Source: Paraspadella gotoi
Taxonomy: Eukaryota > Animalia > Chaetognatha
DNA length: 64,000 bases
Assembly (NCBI GenBank): GCA_051294375.1
Contig: CM119267.1
Coordinates: forward strand, 14,625,694-14,689,693
Direction of reading: 5' to 3'
Of this stretch, positions 35,756 through 45,104 are shown piece by piece (positions within the stretch are counted from its first letter, which is position 1; each line of letters starts with the position of its first letter). Made by a program: the position numbers and the translations under genes. The notes beneath the pieces were generated by a model. The model ran no database searches. It saw only the letters and a program-made list of their open reading frames with translations, and had not been told where the DNA came from.

Positions 35756-37512
35756 ATGGAAGTTGTGCGCTCAAACTTTGAAGAAACTTTTCCAACAATT
35801 TTGTCCGCCCTAGAGCGTGGGGCCTTTGTTGCGATCGACACAGAGTTCACCCTTCTGGTCGACGACGAATCCTCACGCCCTAGCCTCTTCGATTCCGGCG
35901 AAGAACGATATCGGAAGCTTAAGCGGATCGTCGAACGAGTCACGCTCTGTCAAATCGGCCTTTCAGTATTCGAGGATGTTTCCGATGTTGGGCTCGGGGG
36001 ATCGGACAGTCGTTACGTTGCTCACACTTTCAACTTTTACCTCTACCCCAAAGCCTACGGTCCTATTGACGTTCGGTTCAAGTGTCAAGCTTCCAGCCTA
36101 GAATTTCTCTGCCAGCATTCTTTCGATTTTAACAAATTCGTTTACGAGGGGATTCCGTTTTTAAACCGGGAGCAGAAGCGACAATTGTCTTCGTATTTGG
36201 AATCGCAGACGTCCTTGGCGGGTCTCGATCGCCAACTGGACGAAGAACGTCTTCAGGCCGTCTGCTCTCGCGTCGCCGAGTTTTTAACCGATTCGAACAA
36301 TGGGGAGGGCGCCGTGCTGCTCCTTGCTCCGGAAAAGACTCTCAATGAGTTCACGGTGCACGCCGAGCTCCGACAACGCTTTCCCGAACGCGTTTGGACT
36401 AACTTTAAGAAAGACGGGATCGTTGAGGTCGTCAAAGTCTCTCCTTCGGAAAGGCAACGGCTAAATGTCGAAAAGGGTGAAGCGCTGAAAGAGAATACCC
36501 TTAAATACATGATGGGGTTTTCACGAGTCTTTGACGAAATCGTCAAACAACAAAAGCCCGTCGTTGGGCATAACCTCTTCATGGACTTGATGTTTTTGCA
36601 CGAAAAATTTTATGATCCGTTGCCGTCACGGTTGAAAGTCTTTAAGAAGAACATCAATCGGTTGATGCCGGCCGTTTTTGACACGAAAAACATCATTCAC
36701 ACCGAAAAGAGGAAGCTGGAGGACGATATGGGTTTCGACTTTCAGACTACCTCGCTCATGGAACTGTTTCGTCTGATGGACACTGACAAGGGCAAGTTAG
36801 GATCGTTGTATTCTCCCGTCATAGATTACGCGGCGCCGGGCAAATACTCCCAGGGTCAAAAGATTCCGCACGAGGCGGGTTATGATAGTTACCTCGCGGG
36901 CTATGTATTTCTCCGGCTTGCTCACTTGATCACCACGAGGGTGAATAGAATTCCTTGGTGTGTAACAAATTATATTCTCATGCGTGTAAGATTTTTTTTT
37001 TTTTTTTTTTTTGCACTCAGGACATCAAAGCTACAGAAGCTGCCCCTGTTCGCTGCGCTTGGTACTTTCACTCAATGCGCCGATTCCTCAACAAAATCAA
37101 CATTATTCGCGCCAGCATCGATCATTTATCCCTTGATGCCGATCAGCGCGACCCACTTTCCCGCCGCCCGCAACTGATCGTCGTGGCTTCCCGCCGACCC
37201 TCGATCCCACTCGAGCCAGCCTTCGTCGCTTCTCAACTCGCCAACTTCGGCTCCGTCGACATTCGCCCTCTGACGCCATTTTCGGTCTGCGTGGCCTTGG
37301 GCACTTTCCGCGCCTACAATGACGTCCTTGAATTTTGCGCGGCCAGCGAAGAGCTGGCCTGTTATCGTTATAAGTTCTATAAGGATTCTTCCGTTGCTAA
37401 GAAGTGGCTGTGGGGCATAGCGGTCGTTAGCAGTTGTCTCGCCACCTTTATACTTTTCAAAAACGACTTCAACTCGGTGCTGCGCAAAGCAAAAGAAATC
37501 CTTGTTCACTAA
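35756..37512 (+). CDS. PNLDC1: PARN-like DEDDh exonuclease PNLDC1/Trimmer; exons 35756-36940, 37021-37512
   Basis: MEVVRSNF...FVAIDTEFT, FDFNKFVYEGIPF, PVVGHN, FDTK and PHEAGYDSY. A hydrophobic C-terminal helix (WLWGIAVVSSCLATFILF) is typical of PNLDC1 rather than PARN. Alternative ATG at 35738. Confidence 0.8.
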
Positions 37513-37599
37513 TTGAGACCTTTTGTTTTATTTTTCATTTTTTTGTTATCCTTGTTTTTTGTTGTCCTTTTTTAATTTTTAATTTTATTTTCAGTCACG

Positions 37600-40188
37600 A
37601 TGGCCTTTCTTAACGATTTAGGCGAAAAAGAAGCTCTTAAAAAACGGCTTCTTGCTCTGAAAAGAAAAGAAGAGAAAATTAAAGCCCGAGTCCTCTCGGC
37701 CGATTGGGCGGAAAAGGTCCCTCTCTCGGTAGTTAGGTCGCCTCCCCCAGTCCAGCCTCCCATAGTCAAATCGAGATCGACCCCGACCTTCGTGGAAACG
37801 CAGGATTTATTCGATTCCCCGGTTTTTTGTGAAAATCGTTTCCTTATAAACCATGAGTCGGAAAAAGAAACGACACAATCCGATCGTCGGGGAAATCACG
37901 CTTCCTACTCGAAACAACAAGAAAAGGCCTCTTCCGAAATAGACGAAGTCGCCGACACGGCACAGGTCATTCCCCCGACTCAGGCTTCGATCCGAGGTCG
38001 AAAATCCAGATCCAAAGCCTCGAAATTTCCCACCACAAAACCAAAGCCTCGTTCCAAGGCGAAATTCATCGACGGTTTGGATTTGAACAGCATCATCACC
38101 CTCGATGTCTTCGAATCTGTATCCTTAAGTGTCGGCGATGTCTCTTCGCCGTCCGGTAACGTCGCATCACCCGTGGGTTCTGGTCGTCGGTCCTTGCGTT
38201 TGGCGGGGAAAGCGACGACACCGCGATCCGCTCCTCTCTTTCTCGGTTCCTCCTCCACTGGGCGTGGACAGAAACGGTCTCTATCGGAAGGAAAAGAATA
38301 CGAAGATACAGTGAAGAAACAGAGGAAAGATGTGACGCGAATGTTCGAAAAGCTCGAGCGACGATCTGAGAGCGAACAGCAAGAATTCGATACAGTCATC
38401 AAGAATTTCGGGGATGTGCTTTTGATGGAGTCCCGTGAGCCAGGGAAGAAAACTTGCAACCACTCCGATTTAAAAGGAGATGGTGAGTCTTCGATCATGA
38501 AGTCTGCCTCCTATACGGAATCCGATAGATTAATTTTCGTCGAAGCGGAGCCTGTCACATTCGAATTGTCGGGAAATCTAAATTCCGCGTCCATTTCAGA
38601 AAATAAACCAAATAACCGCGAATGCTATTTTAATAAGACGGATACCTTGAATGTCCTTAAGAAACAGAATTCTCAGGGTTTCTCTGATTCCGATTCGGCT
38701 CCTGATGGCCCATTTATCAGAAGGAGAACCTTGAAGAGATCAAGTACAAAGTCCTTATTCGAAGCGAGCAGTAATCAGACGACTGTTAGCCGATCTGAAT
38801 TCAAACTTTCTTCCCCTAGTAAGGACTTATCTTCCCGCAAAGAATGTGACACAACTTCCAATATTTTCCCCGATAAGGAAGACTCTCAAATTAGTACGTT
38901 TGGTCCCACCAACGAAACGTTACTCCTGTGTAATACTCAAGAAAATGTTTTGTGTCATGATACTTCGGTAATGGACAATGTTGACCTTGGTTCATCCGTT
39001 TCCAGTGGGGATTCCGTCGGGTTCGTTCTAGGAATAAATTCGTTGCCCCCAACTAAACAGACTGTTTTATCGCAACGAAAACATTATCTCGATACGAAGA
39101 ATTTCATCGAGCTGAAAGAGAAAGAGTACGAATCAACTTTACCTTTGAAAGCGAAAGTGGACAAAGTTCGATTCGGCCTCGGATTCGCTTTCATTTCACT
39201 CGGTCATGAACTCTGGATTTTCGGTGGAAAAAATAAACAGATTTGCCTTCCCAAGTCATTTCGTAAAATAGTGGACCTGAGAATGTTTTCCAGCTCAATG
39301 TCAGGCGACATTATAGTTTTCATCGTTTCGGAAAACGAAAATTCTAATTTCTGTTGGTCAGTTTGGACGTTAGTCGTAGCTAAACTGCTGAATATAGTTC
39401 CATTAACGATGTCATCGAAATTGGGTTCTTTCACTGGTAACTGCGATGATATTATTTTGGCATCGGATCCTTCAAAGCCTTTGATTTTTTTTGGCATTAA
39501 TGAGGAGATTAGTAAATTAGCCAGGCTCGACCTTGATGATGTCGAGCCGTGTGTGCAATCTTTCAGCGACCACTGCATTCGGAAAAACGTAAAAATTATC
39601 TCTCTTGCTTTAGTTCAAAATATGAACATTTGCGTCGTCGGTTTGCTCAGGGAAAGCACTTCGAAAGAACGTTTAAGGACGTGTTTTGGACACATATGGG
39701 ATGGTCAAACTGGGGAAATTCTTGTTAATTTCCTTCATCCCCTCGGCTTGGAGGCCCCTATTTCCAACAAATCTAATGAGCAGATGCTTTTTGTTCGTCA
39801 AGAACTTTCTGGGATCCTATTTTACTGCTTCACAAAGTGCCAAAATGACCGCGGAGTTCCAGTTCCTTATGTCATTGCTCAAAATCCTTTCAACAACGTT
39901 TCAATCAGTTTGCTTAAGTTTCAAGAGCCAACACTGATAGATAAATGCAAACATTTACACATTACTGATTGCTCAATAGGAAAAAGATTACTGTGCCTGT
40001 CATACAACAACAATCAATCCTGCATTTGGCGGATTGATGACGGTTCAGTTGTTGGCGAGTTCTTCACTAATGAGAATAGGACTGGCATTTTTTCAAGTTT
40101 GGATGAAAACAACAACCTTTTACTTTGTGATAGTTTTTCGGGAAATTGTAAGTTTAAATTTTGGAGGACGTTTGAAGAATTTCTCTAA
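37600..40188 (+). CDS. PALB2: PALB2-like protein (N-terminal coiled coil, disordered middle, C-terminal beta-propeller-like region), intronless
   Basis: EKEALKKRLLALKRKEEKIKARVLSADWAEKV resembles the PALB2 coiled coil [32 protein letters not shown]. The C-terminus is beta-rich (HIWDGQTGEIL, CIWRIDDG). Confidence 0.65.
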   Translation: MAFLNDLGEKEALKKRLLALKRKEEKIKARVLSADWAEKVPLSVVRSPPPVQPPIVKSRSTPTFVETQDLFDSPVFCENRFLINHESEKETTQSDRRGNHASYSKQQEKASSEIDEVADTAQVIPPTQASIRGRKSRSKASKFPTTKPKPRSKAKFIDGLDLNSIITLDVFESVSLSVGDVSSPSGNVASPVGSGRRSLRLAGKATTPRSAPLFLGSSSTGRGQKRSLSEGKEYEDTVKKQRKDVTRMFEKLERRSESEQQEFDTVIKNFGDVLLMESREPGKKTCNHSDLKGDGESSIMKSASYTESDRLIFVEAEPVTFELSGNLNSASISENKPNNRECYFNKTDTLNVLKKQNSQGFSDSDSAPDGPFIRRRTLKRSSTKSLFEASSNQTTVSRSEFKLSSPSKDLSSRKECDTTSNIFPDKEDSQISTFGPTNETLLLCNTQENVLCHDTSVMDNVDLGSSVSSGDSVGFVLGINSLPPTKQTVLSQRKHYLDTKNFIELKEKEYESTLPLKAKVDKVRFGLGFAFISLGHELWIFGGKNKQICLPKSFRKIVDLRMFSSSMSGDIIVFIVSENENSNFCWSVWTLVVAKLLNIVPLTMSSKLGSFTGNCDDIILASDPSKPLIFFGINEEISKLARLDLDDVEPCVQSFSDHCIRKNVKIISLALVQNMNICVVGLLRESTSKERLRTCFGHIWDGQTGEILVNFLHPLGLEAPISNKSNEQMLFVRQELSGILFYCFTKCQNDRGVPVPYVIAQNPFNNVSISLLKFQEPTLIDKCKHLHITDCSIGKRLLCLSYNNNQSCIWRIDDGSVVGEFFTNENRTGIFSSLDENNNLLLCDSFSGNCKFKFWRTFEEFL

Positions 40189-41610
40189 TTTTTAGTTCAA
40201 GATAGTTATAGCATTTTTGCCAAGGCTTTTTAAGGCTTTAACTAGTTTTACGTACGTTTTAAGAAGGTAATAATGGTTTCAAGATCAGAAATCATGTTCT
40301 TACTCTAGTCAGGATTTGTCTAGAATTTGAATGTTTGTGGGTTTTATCTCGCCAGACGGGCGTAGGTCCGTCTTTGGCGAGATAATCGTTTACCATTTCT
40401 TCTTTGTAACCGTTGTTGTCGTCGTTGTCGTCGTTATCACGCTTTTTTATAATTTGAAATTATAAAAGTGTTACATGAAAAGATGATTATTTAATATGAT
40501 CTTAAATGAGATTGAATCTCTCAATCTCATTTACATATTGCAGTATTGAATCTAAATGTGTCTAATTTCATTTTGGATTTTGATATTAGTTCTGTTTCAT
40601 GGTTTTCTAGTAGCTAAATATAGTCTTTAGCAATGTTAATGATTAACATTAGTCATAGTACTATTTTAACTAATTAATTAATAATAATACTTTAACATTT
40701 TATTACTTAAAGATTTGACTTGCTCATATTTACTGATTCCTTTATTTGTTCAGAAGTTAAATCATTATTCAGCTTTGGTTTTGGGGACGCAATCTCATTT
40801 CTCCTTATCAGAGTTAAATCAGCATAAGATTAACATCTTAACAGTTAATCACTAATAGTGCAAAATTGTGTTCAATAAGGTCTAAGTACAATATAATAGA
40901 GATAAATAAATAGTGTTTAATTGCGTTTCCATTTCTCTACTTCAGGCAAAGCTAACTAGCTATACACATTAAAGACAGTTTAGATAGTAAGCGAGCATTC
41001 TTCACCAATGCCAAGTCAAGTCAACATACCATCAAGTAAGATATTAATGAACACTGAACCTTTTGGTACCTAGTTATATGCCTATCTAATCACAGGCAAC
41101 AACACCCCTTATATCCATTTAGAATATTATTTTAATTATTTTTACATTTACTGATAGGAAATGATGTCAATATTGTTGATAGAACATTTCAAATCAATCG
41201 ATTCACGCGTTGAGAAATAAGTAAAATAAATTATCATTTTGTTCAAAAAAAAAAGAAATAATTATGTAGTAACCTTTAAAAAAATATTATTTAAATATAA
41301 ACATTTAGGAGTTAAAACTTTGTTCCGGCTGATTTAAAAACTACAAACAAAAGGCTGTAAGACTATTATCAGATTTTTAAATTTTGGTCATCTTTAAAAC
41401 CTTTGCATAATGCTCATTAGCTATATGAATATTAAAAATTTTTATTAAAAAAACAACTATAATCTTTAAATAACATAATAAAATTAATAATGCATAGGTT
41501 AAATTATTATTTTTAATTATAATACAAAGCGTTTATCAATTAAGGGATAAATTATAAAAAAATGAGGTATTTCATAATTCCATATTGATATTTTTCAGCA
41601 GATTTTAAGG

Positions 41611-41825
41611 ATTGCTAACATATATCCATCAGCACTTACTGTCAATAAATCTAATAATATAGATACAAATGTAGATTATTTAGACATTAACGTCAAATCA
41701 GAAAACAAAAATCTTACTCTTTCTGTATATGATAAAAGGGATTCCTTTTCTTTTGAAGTAGTTATTACCCATTTATGGACAGTTGTATTCCTAGAAAAGC
41801 AGCATTAGGTTTATTTATTAGCCAA
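41611..41825 (+). pseudogene. degenerate reverse-transcriptase fragment, Penelope-like element
   Basis: Translates as NIYPSALTVNKSN...VDYLDINV...SVYDKRDSFSFEVV/(frameshift)YPFMDSCIPRKAALGLFISQ, the IYP...YLD...YDKR..F.F....P...S.IP......FISQ pattern of PLE RT C-terminal regions. Confidence 0.75.
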
Positions 41826-41945
41826 TAGACCTTTTCCCAGTATGTATCCCTATCAGAACATACGATTCTACTTCGTAGTCTTATCCCTATTGGTAAAAAA
41901 AATCATATATAACTTTGGTCCCCCTCAAAAAATTATCCATTCCCA
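41826..41945. repeat. dispersed repeat (inverted copy at ~60850-60972)
   Basis: Shared CCCTATCAGAACATAC...GTAGTCTTATCCCTATT...CCCCTCAAAAAATTATCCATTCCCA. Confidence 0.8.
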
Positions 41946-42009
41946 TTATTCATTTCATTTCGTTTTATTGATTCATTGGATTTTTTAAACGTTTTCCCAT
42001 AATTGATTT

Positions 42010-42205
42010 GCTATCATCGCATCAATGATTGGTTATCATCCCATCAATGATTGGTTATCATCGCATTAATAATTTTTTATTATCGCATTAATAATTAGTT
42101 ATGATTGCATTCATAAATTTTTATTATCGCATCAATAAGTCATTATTATTGCATCAATAATCAGTTACTATCACATCAATAATTCGTTATCGCATCAATC
42201 ATTCG
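42010..42205. repeat. degenerate minisatellite of ~21-bp units
   Basis: Repeated TATCATCGCATCAATGATTGGT-like units. Confidence 0.8.
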
Positions 42206-43038
42206 TTTTTTTTTCCAAGTTTTTTCATTAATTTCCTTTCATAGTAACGTCTGGCGAAATCACTTGACTTTTTTTTCAATTTGCCTTGGAAAGTAGGAAT
42301 ATTTATCGCGTTGTTTAATTGTTGTAAACATTTATATTAAATAAAATTTGTTAAAGAAATATTCAATTCTGTTACCTGAATTAGATTTTTCGGTTACCGT
42401 TCGTTATCCCATCGATTTTAGCATCTTGCAAGTTTATTCCATCCAATAAAAATATCTGTCAATTGCAAATCGCCTTTTACTAAGTCATTTTTTTAAGGTA
42501 ATAAATTCATTTAAAAAATTTTGAAACTTATGAACATTTCGTTATTAATAATTTGTTATATTTCCGATGGCCCCTATTAAATCTTTTTTAATTTTTTTCT
42601 AGTGCATAAGAGGAATGAACCGGTACAGTTGACTTTAAAAAAATTTTATTCTCGATAAAAAAAAATTAAGCAAACTTTGGATTTTCAAAGATATAAATTT
42701 AGTAAATTTATTTTAGTTCCAGTTTTAGGGACGTTGTTATCTTCATATCTTTGCGGTTCTCTGTTTAGAACCAAGATTAAAAAATTGCAATGTTTTAAAA
42801 TATGTAGCTTGACAAAACAGTGACTGCCTTATCATGTATATTTCTCGTGACGTTATACGACATAACATTACGTAACATGACATCACTGAATGATTACAAT
42901 AACCTTCTTAGCTTGTGTATTTATAACAAGCACTGCATCGGAATTTCTTTCTTTTTTTATTGATTTAGGATTTCCTGAAGGCGGCGCTAGCAGTCACTTA
43001 GATTTGATGTTTTTCTTGACGTTCAGCGTCTTTTAAGT

Positions 43039-43114
43039 GGGACAGACCGACGGACAGACCGACCGACAAGTGACATAGAATTGCTCCACGAGTACTCGCG
43101 GCGCAACTAAAAAA
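43039..43114 (-). mobile_element. DINE-1/HINE-like element end
   Basis: Minus strand reads TTTTTAGTTGCGCCGCGAGTACTCGTGGAGCAATT (hairpin) followed by a (GTCG/GTCT/GTCC)n microsatellite. Confidence 0.5.
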
Positions 43115-43211
43115 CATAACCTTCCCTCGAAAAACATTGTTTTACGTTAAGTTTAACGCATTTCTACGTATTTCTTATCAATCAGCAGGTTGTTTATTTT
43201 GATTTCACGTA

Positions 43212-43577
43212 ATGAGTTGGTTTGGTCGAAGGATGTTAAGCCCGCTGTCGGGGCGCCTGCTCACACAGCGGAAAATCCACGAGAACTCAACCACGGCGTC
43301 CGGCCACCAAGTGAGCGTGGTTTATTGCGGCGCCTGAGGATACCAAAGTCGTTTCGACGCGCTGCATGGTCAACTTCGTGAGGTTTTTCCCGACCTTTTC
43401 GAAGGGTCCGCGGCCATCGAAGTTACCGGCTCAAAATCGCTCGACAAATCTGGCGCCTTCGAAGTCTCCGTCGATGGGAAGTTAGTCCACTCCAAGTTGA
43501 ACGGCGACGGCTACGTCGATAACGAAGAGAAGCTCGACCGGATTGTAGAGGCCATCGAAGAACTGGGACTGCAATGA
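43212..43577 (+). CDS. SELENOW: selenoprotein W (Rdx family, CxxU), in-frame TGA at 43335-43337 read as Sec
   Basis: Reading through TGA gives 121 aa: ...VSVVYCGAUGYQSRF...SGAFEVSVDGKLVHSKLNGDGYVDNEEKLDRIVEAI, a close match to SelW motifs. A SECIS follows. Confidence 0.93.
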
Positions 43578-43592
43578 GAGACCCTCTTAATG

Positions 43593-43657
43593 CTCGGCCC
43601 GATGACGAAGCAAATATCAATCCCTAGCGGTTATTTGTTTTCGATGCGTACGCCGGG
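43593..43657 (+). promoter_or_regulatory. eukaryotic SECIS element
   Basis: Helix I CTCGGC/GCCGGG, ATGA core at 43602, helix II GAAGCAAATA/TATTTGTTTT, apical AA and a 3' GA at 43643. Confidence 0.88.
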
Positions 43658-43816
43658 ATCAGTTTCCAAAGTTTTGTTCAGTTTTATTCAGTATGACCAT
43701 TACTGAATTAGATTCAAAAGATCAAGATTGTCAAGTTGCGGGTTCTCCTGTTTATTGGGGTTTTTTTTCCAGATTTTAATTTGGTTTTTTCTTGGAGTCG
43801 TCCAAAAGAAACTGAA

Positions 43817-45022
43817 ATGTCCAAACTCGAGAATGTCAACGTTCACAGGGATATTATCACCGAGTCTTTCTCATACGCCCTCCTTCCTCTGCACAAAGTA
43901 ACAAAACTGGTGTCTTGAATGTGATTAAAGAATTCGCAACTATAATTCAATAATCAATAATTAAAGATTCAATATTAATCTAATAATTATTTTTTATGCA
44001 GCATCCTCATTTGGCAGAAGCTTGTGCTTCGATTTTAAACGAGGAGTGGCCTCGCAGCATCGGCGCGCGTCTCCATCAAGTAAGCGTTTATAAATGATAT
44101 TAATACAAAAGATTTATGGACCTTCATAGTATTTCTCTTCTTCTGGTCTGTGTTATTTGTTTGTATTTGTTTCAGCGCCCCTTTTGCAGGTGGAGAAATC
44201 TTTTGACGACGGACCGACGTCTCTCGTTTTGATCCAAGACGCTGAGGATGGACAAATCTCTCCCGACAAAGTCATAGGTATTAGGTAATTTAATTTCAAT
44301 ACAAACGTTAAAAGTGTTGAGAATTAGGTGGTGAATAATCAATGATCTGTTGAAAATTTGAAATAATGGAATATTTTTTTATTCCTTTTCTTCTTGGCAG
44401 TTTTCTGTTTATCAAAACATTATATAGGTTATAGCAAAATATCGCAAGTAGTGGGCATTGATGACGCCATCATCGTGGAATCAGTCATCGTCTCCAAACC
44501 CTTTCGCGGTCGCGGGCTAGGCCGCCTACTTATGGAAAAAACTCACGCCTTTGCCAGGAATCGCGGCTTCGCCACCGTTTATCTCTCAACTCATGACAAG
44601 CAGAACTTCTACGCGCGTCTTGGTTATGAATACTGCACCCCGGTTTGCAGCCTTCATTCTAACGGTGGGATCAACGCAGCCATTGAGTCACTTTTCATAG
44701 GTAATTTCGGGTTCGTTGTTTTTCACCTCGCGTCCTGGCTAAGGAAATAAACCAATAACCAATAGGAAAATGTTCTCTGGGCGTACCTTTGTCGCAACTT
44801 GAATCTGCATCCGCGAAGACCGACACCGACTCGACAATCAATCCCTTTGACGTCTCGTCGTCTTTTTCCGCACCACCGGCGCCTCCTCCACCTGTTCTCA
44901 GTCATTTTCGGGGCAAGAAAACAGAGTCGACGAAGTCATCGAAAAGCCCAAACGTGGTTCGTATGGACCCTCGAAACATCAGCTGGATGCGTCTCGATCT
45001 TCTCCGCAATCCTTTAAAATAG
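43817..45022 (+). CDS. NAA80: actin N-terminal acetyltransferase NAA80/NAT6; exons 43817-43897, 44002-44079, 44190-44277, 44428-44700, 44766-45022
   Basis: LLPLHKHPHLAEACASILNEEWPRSIGARL, GNAT motif ESVIVSKPFRGRGLGR, LSTHDKQNFYARLGY, a proline-rich loop and C-terminal WMRLDL. Confidence 0.88.
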
Positions 45023-45104
45023 TTTCGCCCGCCGAATATTATTTATAAGACTTAAGATTGCCGTGTGATTTTTCTTTCTTTTTCTTACTTTGACAACAAC
45101 AAAT

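Larger units (their letters stand above)
40342..42275 (+). mobile_element. DINE-1/HINE-like (Helentron-derived) non-autonomous element with nested insertions
   Basis: Starts TTTTATCTCGCCAGACG with a nearby inverted copy (TGGCGAGATAA) and a (GTC/GTT)n microsatellite. A distal inverted copy CGTCTGGCGAAAT lies at ~42248, before a T run. Confidence 0.5.

Noticed and set aside
42010-42205. Periodic ~21-bp repeats as a possible CRISPR array
   Set aside because: These are degenerate tandem units without unique spacers, in a eukaryotic context with no cas genes.
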